Source: Balanoglossus misakiensis
Lineage: Eukaryota > Animalia > Hemichordata
Assembly (NCBI GenBank): GCA_040954595.2
Contig: CM082595.2
Span: forward strand, 6,226,137-6,290,136
Direction of reading: 5' to 3'
DNA: 64,000 bases
The translations under genes were made by a program, and so were the position numbers. The notes under the pieces are model-generated. The model saw nothing but the letters and a program-made list of their open reading frames with translations, was not told where the DNA came from and did not search any database. Positions 26,692 to 38,600 of this stretch are shown here, in pieces (position 1 is the stretch's first letter; each line of letters begins with the position of its first letter).

Positions 26692-27450
26692 CTTTGCCTG
26701 AGCTTGTATATCCAACCACGACACCTGTGTCGCCCAAAAATCAAGTCGATCCGCGCGGCTTGTGGTTAGAACGCGGATGTTGTTGTTGTGGCAGCCTTGC
26801 GGAAACTTCAAGCTCTCCCGATTAAGTTTTTCAGGAAATAGGCCCTTTAACTTACCGAGATTAAAGTCAGCCAGACCACCCAAGCGATAGAAGACGAGTG
26901 TCCCAAAAGCCATGCGCGGTTTAATAATGAACTTCGAAGAAAAACTTCAATCTGTGAACCGTGGGTAAATGCGTGTGTATCCACTATATCTGATTAGGAT
27001 TGGTACGTTCATTAAAACCGATGAAATACTAGTAAATCAACCAAGAAAGGCGTAAGTCGAAAATCTTGGAAAGTTGCCTAATGATGTATGAGGGCGCTGT
27101 AATACAAACATACACGTGGAGACCAGTAACCTCCTTCATAAAAACGCAATTTACAAGTACAATAAAATATAGTACAGTACAATAAATACCCTCCAAATAC
27201 ACGACCCTGCTGCCCGTACTGCATACTACGGGTTTCGGCATAAAGTCGTTGTTTCGATCGTACTTGTCAACAACTTTCTTTCCCGACTCCGTCACTGCTA
27301 GCCGCTGTCGGCCAATCGGACAAATTTCTGGTTGCGTTGCATGGCCCTGCTGCTTTGGATTTCATACCGCCGGCCGATTCTTCAACTTGTGTTTCCATCA
27401 AACTCTTCCACCCTGAACTGCTAGCTTGCTTGGATCAGACATCGTGATGG
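26692..27450 (-). other. Probable first exon of the JmjC-AKR-PQQ gene
   Basis: Consensus donor AAAG|gtaagt at 26692/26691; CpG-richer sequence; lies just downstream of a CCAAT cluster. Matching strong acceptor (tcttttctcccctcccccag) at 21205. Confidence 0.5.
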
Positions 27451-27580
27451 GCCTAAATTAAGAGAAAACAGTTGATTAAGGTTAGACAAGGTCCCGCATC
27501 TCTGCTGCTCGACAATTATCTGATCTGAATACCGTGAGAAATGCCAGCCAACGCGCGTGGTATTCCACTCACTGATTCTC

Positions 27581-27675
27581 ATTGGTCACTGCAATTGCAA
27601 CTTTTGCTATACTTTTATATCCAATAAGAACATGGCAAAGACTGTATCATGCATTGGTCACTGCTCGTGCACGTG
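27581..27675. promoter_or_regulatory. Promoter with three CCAAT boxes and an E-box, between divergent genes
   Basis: attgg 27581, ccaat 27621, attgg 27653, cacgtg 27670; attggtcactgc is repeated twice. Confidence 0.5.
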
Positions 27676-30205
27676 ATATCAAGCCAGGCAGTGATTTCGA
27701 TACTTTTAATTATTTTTTTTTTAAGTCGGGGATGTGGATTTCTTTAATAGTGTGAAGAGTGAATTAATGGGAGAGGGAAGGAGGGAGGGAGAGAGAGATT
27801 ACAAGGGGCTAACTCGCACACTTGGCTATCTTGGAAAGTGGATAACAAGCCAATCGTCTTTCGTATTACAGTATTTAGGCCTATCCCCTAAATATGTTTT
27901 TTTTTCGGGCAGGGATTTCCCTGGTGAGGTTCGGGCTGTAAGCTAAACGGGTCGGTAAAACCCGGGGTCTCGGGTTTGGACAAGTGAATGTGTGAAAATC
28001 GGCGGAACTTAGAAAATTCATAATGGTAAAACAAAACATTATTCTAAACGACCAGAGATGGCGCTAAAGAAGAAGTGGCTTTTCATGAAATCAATTTGTC
28101 TGACATATTTTATTTTCGGGAATAAAAACCCTCCATCCGTAAAAGGAAGAAATCGTGATTTAAAAAAAAACACTTCCCTTTTGACGTTTTCCCTTAGTAC
28201 AAAGAAAATATATATACGTGTATACGCAATATGATTTCAACATATCAAGTTATATGAAGTGGCAAAATACGTGGTATAAAAAGTTTATTTATTTTCAGAA
28301 ATTATTAAGATGTGCGATTTTCCCTTTATTCGATATATGGCATATACTTGTAAGACAACGTATACAGTTTGAGTGATAGGATGAAAATGGCTAACTTTGA
28401 TAAATGCAACTATTAGTCAACATTCTTCTGTTTATTTATGTCCATTCTTGTCCTCGTTTGTTTTTATTGTGTGGCAATGGTGCGTCTTGGCAACTGGTTG
28501 CTAAGGTGCGAGGGAGCGGTCTGGTGTGCGCGTACGTGACGGCAGCCATGTAAACCTTCAAAACCCATTGACTATGCACACGTGCGGTGCATATAGCACA
28601 GGTGTACAAAGGTGACCCAGTATTTAGTGTCAACTGTTCTCCCAATAAGTTATGCAGGGGAAGGTTCGGGTTGCCCTTCAGGCTATCCCAGTATAACAAA
28701 GGACAACACACTGACTTCTGTGTTGAGCTCTGTGTGCTCGTAAAACAGCAGTACCCCATACTGTTATTTCTGTGATATACTTTTTGTACAAAAACATTTT
28801 GCATTTTGTGTATGTGGATGTATTTGGACCGAGCATCAGAGTGGGGTATTTTACTGCAGACACTCGTATGGGACACGGTTCTTGAACACAGGTCAACTAT
28901 ACGACGCCGAACCCTCTGTTACTCTGCGGGCAAGTCGTTTTTTGTCACGACCCGTACCGGCAAACAAGGCACCTTTATATCGTTCAGGGACGATTGGATA
29001 AAACTGAGATTTTTGAACCAACCGCGCGATTGGACATCGACGGATCGTCCTGTCTAAGAGTTAGCAGGACGACTCTCTCCTTCTCAATTGGTCTTTTCTA
29101 AAAGGCGGTATGGAGCGATAACCGCACCACCGAAGAGGAACTCATTCTGTTTTTTGTTTTTGTTGTTTCTGTTTTGCTGTTGACAGTTTTGACACACGGG
29201 ACATGGTAGGCGGCCAGTTTCGGAGGTAAGTACGACGTGATCACTTCAAGGGCGACTATCGTGTAATCTGTCGATATATTTTGAATTAAACCCTTCGCTG
29301 TTTAACTCTGTGTAGGGGTCGCAGACGTCTCTTTGAGATAACACCCAACTTGCCCGACCATACGAGAAGGGAACCTGGCACAAATCGCCTGGACACGTTC
29401 AAAGGCTCCTGACATAACACAACCACTGCACTACATTGTTATTCTAACAGGTGCTCAAAGGGATTATTGTTCCAACCGCTAGTGACGTCAGAATTCCACA
29501 GAGGAACTTTAATTCCCAACTAACCTGTCGTTTAAAACAAAAACAGTGGGGCAGTCCTACAAAATCTAGCATCGCTCACTGTATCGATTTAATTTCCGAC
29601 ATCTCCTGACAACCGTCACTGTCAAACAGAAAATACTGCCCTCCCTTGTGACCTATTTGATAAATGTTGAATTACACAATAAAAAGTTGCGCGACAATCA
29701 TATTGAAGTGGATTATATATTACATTTTTAAGTAGCCTGTCAAGATGTAGTACGAAGAGTTTGACCTTTTTACGAGTATGCATTCCAGTGTTAAGTTGTA
29801 AGATTTTATGCTAGTGGAGCAGTCGGTAAAATTGTCCTCTAGTCCGAACGTTTGATCTTTTTTCTTCAGCATTGTGCCACCGATAGGACAGGGTAATACA
29901 AGCTATACTGTGTCACCAGAGACCCAAAAGTTTGCCTGGAGCTGGAGGTTAATTTACATTAAAATGTATTACATGACAGTACAGTACAGTTCAGTTACAA
30001 GGCTAGCTTAGCTCTTTGGCATACCGCACAATAACATGGCAATACAAACGTACTTGCTATGCGCTACATGTTAATAATAATCACGTGGAGGTGACAGACT
30101 GTCAGGAGAAAGAACTTCAGATGATGTGGAATATGTATTTTACTTAAATTTATTTATTTATTTATTTATTCCGATCTAGTTCAAGGTGATGTCACATAAT
30201 CAGCC

Positions 30206-32664
30206 ATGGCGTCAAATGCTTTGAGTGTAGTGAAGTACGTGGTCTTTGTTACCCTGGGAGTCGGCATTGCGTTTACAGCTGCATTTGTCTATAAGAAGCG
30301 AAGGAAACTCTTTCAAAAGTAAGTCAAGATCTCTTTCAAGAAACTAAAAAATTTGCGGTTTTTAAAATAAATGCTTGGATATAAATGTGTACCAATCTTT
30401 GATTTGCACCAACTTTTTTTTGCTCGTTATTTGCGACAAAACTGAAAAGAAAAATAACATCTGACATTTTCTTTCTGCGCAGACGCAAAAGAATGTTGAG
30501 CCTGGAAGACTTCGAACGAGAAGCAATGAGTACTTTACCCAGGTTTACGCATGCGTTGATTGCCCATGGCACTGGGTGCAGAGAAACCGTCGAAGAAAAT
30601 ATTGCTGCCTTTCAAAGGTGATGGAGATCTCTGTGGTATTTAAAAGACTGTGTATTTCGTTATGAATGACATGCGCGTATCTCTTCGACGGTGTGTGAAT
30701 GAGGCTTACTTGATTTGTTCTACGTTCCAAGCCGACCAGTTGCTAGCAAGTCAAAGTAACACACAGTATAACTGCTACTAGTACAAAAAACATCACTGCA
30801 AACAACTCTTCTTTCTTTTTTGTACTCTGAAGGTACAGTATCAGAAAACGCGTAAGGAACGATTTCCCGGATCTGAGCACGACCATACTGGACCATTACG
30901 TGGAACTACCCATCGGCATTGGCCCATCTATGTACAGGTCGTGGTTATGGGAAGAAGGTGATCTGTGCGTCTCTAAAGGTGAGTGAGGTCTCTTCATTCA
31001 TTCATTCATTCATTCATTCATTCATTCATTCATTCATTCATTCATTCATTCATTCATTCATTCATTCATTCATTCATTCATTCATTCATTCATTCATTCA
31101 TTCATTCATTCATTCATTCATCCATTCATTCATTCATTCATTCATTCATTCATTCAGTCAGTCAGTCAGTCAGTCAGCCTGAGTCAGTCAGTCAGTCAGT
31201 CAGTCAGTCAGTTATTCCACCGGTAAGGCTAACTTAATTCACTGTGTTTGTTTTCGCCACCAGCTGCCGGATTCCTAAATATCTGCGAGATTGTTCCGAT
31301 GCTGTCCGATTACTCACTGGAGGAAATAATCGAATACAACAAGAACTCAGAGGCCGTGAAGTGGCTTCAGATTTACATGTGCGACGATGGGTATCACGAG
31401 AGCCTCGTTCGCAGAGCGGAAAAGGCCGGGTATCAAGGTGGGGATGTGATCTTATCCAATTCACAATCTGATTAAAATCTGATGTAGGGAACGGCGACGT
31501 GTTTTTTTATGCTGTCGCCTAGCATAAAAAAACACGTCGCCGTTCCCTACATCTGATTTTAATCAGATTGTCCAATTCATTACTGTAATGGGTAGGCGAT
31601 TTTTTTCCGGGATGTCGAGAGCTGGGCCACGGGGCCGTGATGTTACAAGGACCCACCCTCGTTTGACATGTGCACGAACTATGGTGTAGGTTTAAAGGGA
31701 CAAAGTCTCTCTCTCGCTGCCCCTTTTCCATTAATTATTTTTGATACAAGACATCGTTTATATTATTCTACGTACATGTGAATATATAGTGAATCAGCGT
31801 TCAACCACACGCAACTTCCATATCCCACTTGCAGACATGGGAGTGAAAAACTCGCCAAAATGAATAATCGCTGTTCACCATTTATTCATTTTGTCGAGAT
31901 TTTTACTCTCATATCCTACAAACGGGATGGAAGTTGTGTGTGGTCGAAACGTTGATTCACAATATATACACACGTAGAATAACATAAACGGTGTCTTGTA
32001 TCACACATGCTTATTATAATGGGGAATGGGCAGTGAGAGAGAGACTTTGTCCCTTTAATTCAATAGTTTTCACGGCAACTGGGACGTCACTGGCACGAAA
32101 ATCCCGAATTATAATGGTGTACGGCAGGTTGTGTTATCCATGTGGTATTATTTGTCTTAGGAATCGTTGTATCTTCGGGAGGATACGGATACGAGGAGGA
32201 ATCGGAGTGTGGCGAGTGGACGTTAGCAATTACAAATATTCTCGATAAACTCACGGCTATTAGGTTAGGGAACTTTGAAAGAATGAGTCCCTCTAAAGCA
32301 TTTGAAAAGGTTAGTATCTCTTCGGTCTGACTGAATGGAAAGTTATCTATAATGAGTTTCAGTGTTGGATATCTTCGCAGGCAACGCAAAGAATTTAAAA
32401 GCATGACAGCCTGAGATTGGCAGGCAAGCAGTCAGATAATGGGTAAAAGAAGGAAAAAATCGCGAGCATATTTTTTCGTTATTTTTGACCTAATTGGAAT
32501 GAAGTAAACTGTGCGAATTCTACCAACCTCTGTCCATTTTCCCTGTCTGTCTGTCTGTTTGCCTGCCTGCCTGCCTGTCTGTCTCTGTCTGTCTGTCTCT
32601 CCGTCTCTCTCTCTCCCCTCTCTCTCCCCCCTCTCTCTCTCTGTCTGTCTGTCTCTCTCTCCCT

Positions 32665-32708
<44 letters not shown>

Positions 32709-33718
32709 CCCCTCTCTATCTGTAGCATAGTATTCGTCCAACCACATGGAAAGACGTGAAAACATTACGAAGTTTTACAAACCTTCCTATGATTCTCATG
32801 GACATAGTGACGCCTTTGGAAGCACAGACGGCCATAGAACATGGCGTCCAGGGTATCATAATATCCAACGAAGGTGGGAAAACAGTTGATTCGCTTCACG
32901 GAACAGTAAGTGAGACTCTAAAATTATTCCATTTTGGTCAATGGAGTGAATAAATATAAATTAATTTCCGGGATGATTCTCGAAGACTGCATTTTGGTAT
33001 AAATCTTCTAAGTGCATGCATAGTGGGGGGACACAAAGAAAATGTTTTAATTCTGGATTTCTGAATTTTACATTGTCACCTTTCTTACGGTCAACGTGAG
33101 TTGCCACGCGGCATCAGAGATCTGTCGCTCGACTCGTCACACGGCACCAGTGTCCATCGTGTTTGCTGTGATAATTGTTGCATTTAAACCCAAATACATG
33201 TACTTGATCAAAACAGACGATGCATTGTGCAGCGTATGTGTGTTGTGTGTGTCGCCGTATATTGTGTTAAAGTTTGCTCAGTCCGTCGTAATAAGTCGGT
33301 TCATATATTCACCAGCACCCAATGGATGAAAAAATACCCAAAGGGAAGTGAATATAGGCTTATACGTTTAACAATCCATAACTCTCTCGCTGTCGAGGAC
33401 TGTTGTTCTGTATAATACTTCTCTTTCAACATGATTGTGAATTCTGTCAATTCCCTTGGTAAAATTACAGTATAACTTAATTTTCTACTGAAATAGCTGG
33501 ATATACTTCCTGATATATTGTCCGCTGTGCAAAACAACATTGAGGTCTACGTCTACGGCGGTGTGCGATCGGGGAGTGACGTCATGAAAGTGCTGGGCCT
33601 CGGTGCGAAGGCGTGTTTCGTGGGCCGTCCTGTGTTGTACGGACTCTGCTACCAGGTGAGAGTACAGTCATTAACAAACAACAACAACAACAACAACAAT
33701 GACAACAGAAGCAGCAGC

Positions 33719-33752
<34 letters not shown>

Positions 33753-34245
33753 CACGTCCAAAACTGCCATCATCGATTAAACATTTTGGGCAGTTTACGT
33801 ACGTCGACAAAAAACCTGTGATTTATGATTCATAGTATGTAAATTGTGAACTCTGCATTTTGCGTAATTTTTTTTCACCTTTAATTTTTGGCAGGGCGAA
33901 GAAGGCGTTATTCAGGTTTTGTCTCTTCTGAAGAATGAACTCGCCAAATGCATGAGCAGCACGGGTGAGGAGTTTCGAGTTGCTTTTCTCTACATCGCAG
34001 CACAGAATGACGGACCAAAGTGCTTGGGCAAAAATATTTAAGAACCAGTTGATATAATGTGTAACGTTTCTGAAACGACAAATTTAAGTGTTGCCTTTTT
34101 TGCATCCCATGGCAGAATATTTCATAGTTCGGATAATGACTAAACCGTTCTCCGTTTGCTTTCTCTGCCAGGCTGCACTTCTATTGACGAAATCGGTTCA
34201 TTCTGCGTCGTACGGTCATCCTCTGTCCACGATGACGACGACTGA
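30206..34245 (+). CDS. FMN-dependent alpha-hydroxy acid oxidase (HAO/glycolate oxidase family) homologue with N-terminal membrane anchor and degenerate active site (~399 aa, 9 coding exons)
   Basis: Exons 30206-30318, 30483-30617, 30833-30978, 31264-31437, 32161-32309, 32726-32905, 33497-33655, 33895-33964, 34172-34245 total 1200 nt in frame. Family motifs LEDFE, DLSTTIL, WLQIY, RRAEKAGY, GGVRSGSDV, GAKACFVGRP, GEEGV. Probable non-coding first exon ends at 29225. Confidence 0.88.
30993..31212. repeat. (ATTC)n grading into (AGTC)n microsatellite
   Basis: Direct inspection. Confidence 0.97.
31464..31570. mobile_element. 107-bp foldback MITE with 9-bp target-site duplication (Mutator/MULE-like)
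   Basis: 50-bp inverted arms with 1 mismatch around a 7-nt loop (gtcgcct); flanked by tccaattca at 31455-31463 and 31571-31579. Confidence 0.88.
31696..32054. mobile_element. MITE family B (TTAA target, long inverted arms; Kolobok-like)
   Basis: ttaa|agggacaaagtctctctc...gagagactttgtccct|ttaa; nearly the whole element is an imperfect palindrome. Confidence 0.88.
32544..32718. repeat. (TC)n/(TGTC)n low-complexity tract ending at a splice acceptor
   Basis: Direct inspection. Confidence 0.9.
33673..33751. repeat. (AAC)n microsatellite
   Basis: Direct inspection. Confidence 0.95.
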
Positions 34246-35439
34246 AAACCCGGACTGGTTAGCGATTGGCCGGTTGATGGCCCCGGTTGATGGCCAGGAT
34301 GAACTGCCACGAGCACGTCCACCTTCAAAGCAATATTTATTCCTCGACAGTTTGCTCAATTCAGCCTGGGACAACAGGCCCCGGGAGAAATTGAGAGTTT
34401 GCCGTACGCGTACCCACCAAACAATTTTCCGAGTATGCTAAACATGTTCTCAGTTTTATTGATCGTGCTTTAGTTTTCAACAGCGCCACTGGAGTTGGGA
34501 TAAATACTTACTGGACTGTTTTGTGAATAGCACAGTTCCACGAGATTTTTTCAGACAATGGCAAGCTTATCGTGCTGTCAAATATCCATAACTTTGTGGC
34601 ATGTTGGTGACAGTATTCGTAGAAGACTGACGGCGTGTGATTTGTTTTATTCAAGGAGACAGACCACCGGGAACTATTTCATGCTCGTATGAGAGAGTGA
34701 TCAAATTTAATGCTGCAACAAATGATTGATTTTGTTAATCCGAAGCAATATACCATTTCCAGACATTGCGAGATGTCGCGTGCCGAGGCAGTATTTATGG
34801 GCGGACATTTTGTGACACAGAACAGACAGAAAACGGCAAAGCGTGCAGACGGCACAAAAATTAGAATTTTTGTTAAATACTGTAACCAGTTGCATGCGAG
34901 GAGTAAATTATCACGACAAAACTTATTTTGAATCGAAGTTTTGCGATAATACTTTTTACCCAAAATAAACTTATTGTCATACCAATTAACAACACGTTTT
35001 TGGTCCTTATTTAGTCTCTCATACAGCGAATATGCTACAACAAATTACTACATACTACAAGAGTGTTCAACTTGTTACACTTGTGTTATGATTTTGTTTC
35101 TGTTGTCATCGATGTTGACTATATTCTCCTACATGACACCTGTCGAACGCTTAATACCTTCGACATTTTATGTCCTACTTCGATACCAGTTCATCGGGAT
35201 TAGTATCTTACCTGGGCAAAAAACAGCCTTCCCCTCCGCCAAGTTGGCTATTCCGGGTGGGCCTTTAGCGTTTGGTTGCTGTTATTTATTTGATGTATTG
35301 AACTTTACCGGTTTCACGTCCGAGGCGACAAAAATCGTGTCTTTCTTTAACTAATACGTTGCCAATCTTCGATAGTCCAAAATCAGCATCAAAAATCCTA
35401 GGATTCAAATCTGCGGCTTGTCCCGAACCGGTCCCGAAC

Positions 35440-35550
35440 CAGTATATACTGCCACCTACGGCATGCAGCCAGCATGATGTATCCGGAATACATCCTGATT
35501 CTGAATCCAACTTGAAAACTTATTCTCTTGCCCCAAACCCGGAAGTATTG
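35440..35550. promoter_or_regulatory. Probable promoter of the tandem 2OG oxygenase gene (ETS motif, CTCF-like motif)
   Basis: ccggaagt at 35539 and ctgccacctacgg at ~35449, in a CpG-richer segment ~130 bp upstream of the ATG. Confidence 0.4.
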
Positions 35551-35671
35551 TTGCTAGCGGCGACTGTGTAGAGAGAAATGTGAGAATAAGTGTTTGGTCC
35601 GGAACCGCTATTGTCTCTCCAGGTGTTTTTATCAAGATCTTGTCTATGACTTTGTGTTAGAATAGTTTAAA

Positions 35672-38600
35672 ATGCAGAAGTTTACCGTAGCTGTAATCTT
35701 GGTTGTAGTGTGTGGGTGTGTCGCTTTGGACGACCCAAAATCATGGCCCTTCGCTGACCCGAACAAGTTCGCAGTGGCGGAAGACAGTGGTTCTGAGGTC
35801 GACCAGGAATTTCTGGCCAAACCAAAATGGTTGTACGATTTGGACGGTAGACCGGTCGCCGTGTTCGAGAACGTAGTCAGCTACAAGACCGTGTATGCCC
35901 TGTCAGTGTATCAGTTTCTGACAAACTATTGGAGGTAAGCGAATCAACGCATTGATACAAACAAGTTTTCGTGGTGTCAATTGCATGGTAAATGCTGGAT
36001 TCATGTTAAATATCAAGAAAACTTTCACTTTCGCACTTAGTCTTTAAATTCGCTTCACTATAATATCTTTATTGGCAACCGTATGGCTCTGAGCGTTCTA
36101 TGGAGCTAAAATAAGAACTTTAATTTCGTTATATCCCAAATTGGTCGTTTCCGAGGGCTTTGTTGTAACACGCCGAGTTTGAGTGATTCATGTGGAAGCA
36201 TATGGTTAACTAGGAATTATAACACGGAAAACTTATTAATGAACTTGATAATATTATATAATAATTATGTAATTAAAATCCGACCATCATACTTTTTTGA
36301 CACACTTTATTTTCTCAGCAAAATACAAACACATCATAATTATGTTTTCCACCAAGGTATGGCACAACGCTGGACCCATGCAATGAGAATGACGCTGCTG
36401 ATTCCAATAATGCGCCGTGGAGGTCGAACCATGATGGGGAGGTGTTTGCCGAAAGTTCTGTGGGCAAGGCTGTGCAGGGATTAGTCATGAAAATGAGCGG
36501 AAGCAGTCAACCCTATCATGTCTATCAGGTCACAGATTATGTTATTAGGAGGTAAGAGAGGCAACTTTTTCAGTGGCTGCATCAAGCTCATTTTATATGT
36601 GATGTTATGAAACAGCTTGTACAGTTCTGAAAATTTCTAGCTCAGAATTCCTGGCATGATGAATAACATATCTGATCAATTCAATATTAAAGATTCTAAA
36701 ATGGCTTAGAGCTGTGATGGTTTTGCTGATTCTCGCCTGCTGAGCTGATGTGGATAACAGTCCTTATGCGAAGGGATATTCTGGGACATGGGTACTTCTA
36801 TAGAAATAAACAATAGCCCTTTTGTCTGCTGCGCACAGAACACAGTTTTATTGGGAAACAAAAGGTTGGCTGTGCATTGTTTAAACCTGCATATGCTCCT
36901 TTATCAGCTGACACATAAATTGGTAAATGATTGCATTCAGCATGTATCCGATCTGTCAAGGCAACAATTACTATGTCCAGACTGTACAATGCATGTAGGA
37001 AATAAGCTGGAGTTTTTTTGCAATTATTTGCTATCTCACATTTGATTGGTTCATTTAGGGGTGATGTCATCAAACTTCACCACGATGCCACTAGGGAGGA
37101 TAGGGAATTCTCAGCTCTCATTTACTTGAACGAGATCTGGAAGAAGAACTATTACGGAGAAACGATGTTTTACGACAACGATGAGGAAATTGCCGCAGTT
37201 GTCAAACCGAGCTTTGGCAGAATTGTCATCTGGGAAAGTTCTGTTGGTGAGTGTAAAAATTTAGGAAAGCATGTACGGCCTGGCTAGTTAAAGGCCATTC
37301 TCTCGATCCCAGGACAGTACAATGAAGGCAAATAAGACATCCTTTGTGTTAGCACCTAACTGTTTATTGGAAACACAAGATTTGCTCCACTGTTGAGAAG
37401 GGCCTTTAAATATTCACAGACCATGCCAAAGCATTCGGATAATCCAAAATTCGGATTATTGGTGGTCGGATAATCGGTGTTCCACTGTAATAAGGAGACA
37501 TCATGAGGGTATCGAACTCACAATCAGAGAGTTGTGGGTTCGAGACCTGGACATGGCCGTGGATTTTATATCTGAGGATGGTGACTTCATAGCCGTGATG
37601 TTGTGCCCTTGAGCAAGGCACTTTACTTCTCATTGCTTCTCCCTTATCCAGGAGTGGCAGGGTGCCTCATCCTGTTATTGGGCTATAGTCACCTGTTGGA
37701 AGATGGATAAATAATTAGTGTATAACCAATTAATTTTATCAATATTTATAGGGAATGGGTCGTCGCGCCACAAGGGTGTCCCCCCTTGATGAGAATATGC
37801 CCTCCCATACCATACCAGCGCAAACCCCACTGCAGTCGCCACGACCTACTAGGATCTTCAGTTGCTGCCATGCCCAGTCTACACTACAGTTGGCTGCTTC
37901 GTTCATTCTAAGAATGATCTAATTTGTTGTGGATGAATTGTAATGTTTATAAACAAACGCGGCGCGACGACCCCTTCACTTTAATTTAGTCCACTGTGCA
38001 TTTTGCATCACTGATCACAAATTCCTTTGCCTTGTCACAGATTATCTGCTTCGCCCGCCAAGTATCAACTTCAAACAAGGACAGAGAATTTTACATATCA
38101 AGTACACCACAAACACCACCAAGGTGGAAACACACAAAGCAAAGAGACTGGCTGAAATAAAGGCAACCCAAGAAGCCACAGGCGAGATATTTGATCACAG
38201 TGATAAACCCCTCAACAAACAACTCGATGTACAGAAGCACTTCGTACAGGTATGGTATTAAAGGTGCACTGTCACCTGTGCTAATTTAGTCTCTAATTGA
38301 GAGCTAGCAGATCGCAGATTTTCAGTGGGTGGCCAAGTGAAAAAAGAGCGCCACAGAAGATCCAGACATGCCCATTTAACTACATGTGTGTATGTAAATT
38401 ATAGGTGATTGCATTTCTCTGTGCTTAACATAGCCCATTGTGTTCACAATTGACATTGTATTCAAGTCCAATGATCGGTGCATGTATGCACATGACTTGT
38501 TGACAAGCAGAAGAAAATTGGTTGTGAATTAGAACATGTAGCTGTACCGGTATACAAAACAAAAATGTTAAACAACTTGCCAAAAGTTACAAGCTTCAAC

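Noticed and set aside
27267-27398. Cys-TGA at the end of a short ORF as possible selenocysteine
   Set aside because: No selenoprotein-like context and no SECIS that I can identify.
30919-31237. FIHS-repeat, poly-N, poly-C and ER-repeat ORFs around the HAO-like gene
   Set aside because: Microsatellite translations in introns.
35286-35510. ORF containing kinase-like DFGLSK
   Set aside because: TTG start, no HRD or APE subdomains, no linked exons; probably chance.
37505-37560. tRNA gene
   Set aside because: Only a B-box; no cloverleaf; followed by SINE body sequence.
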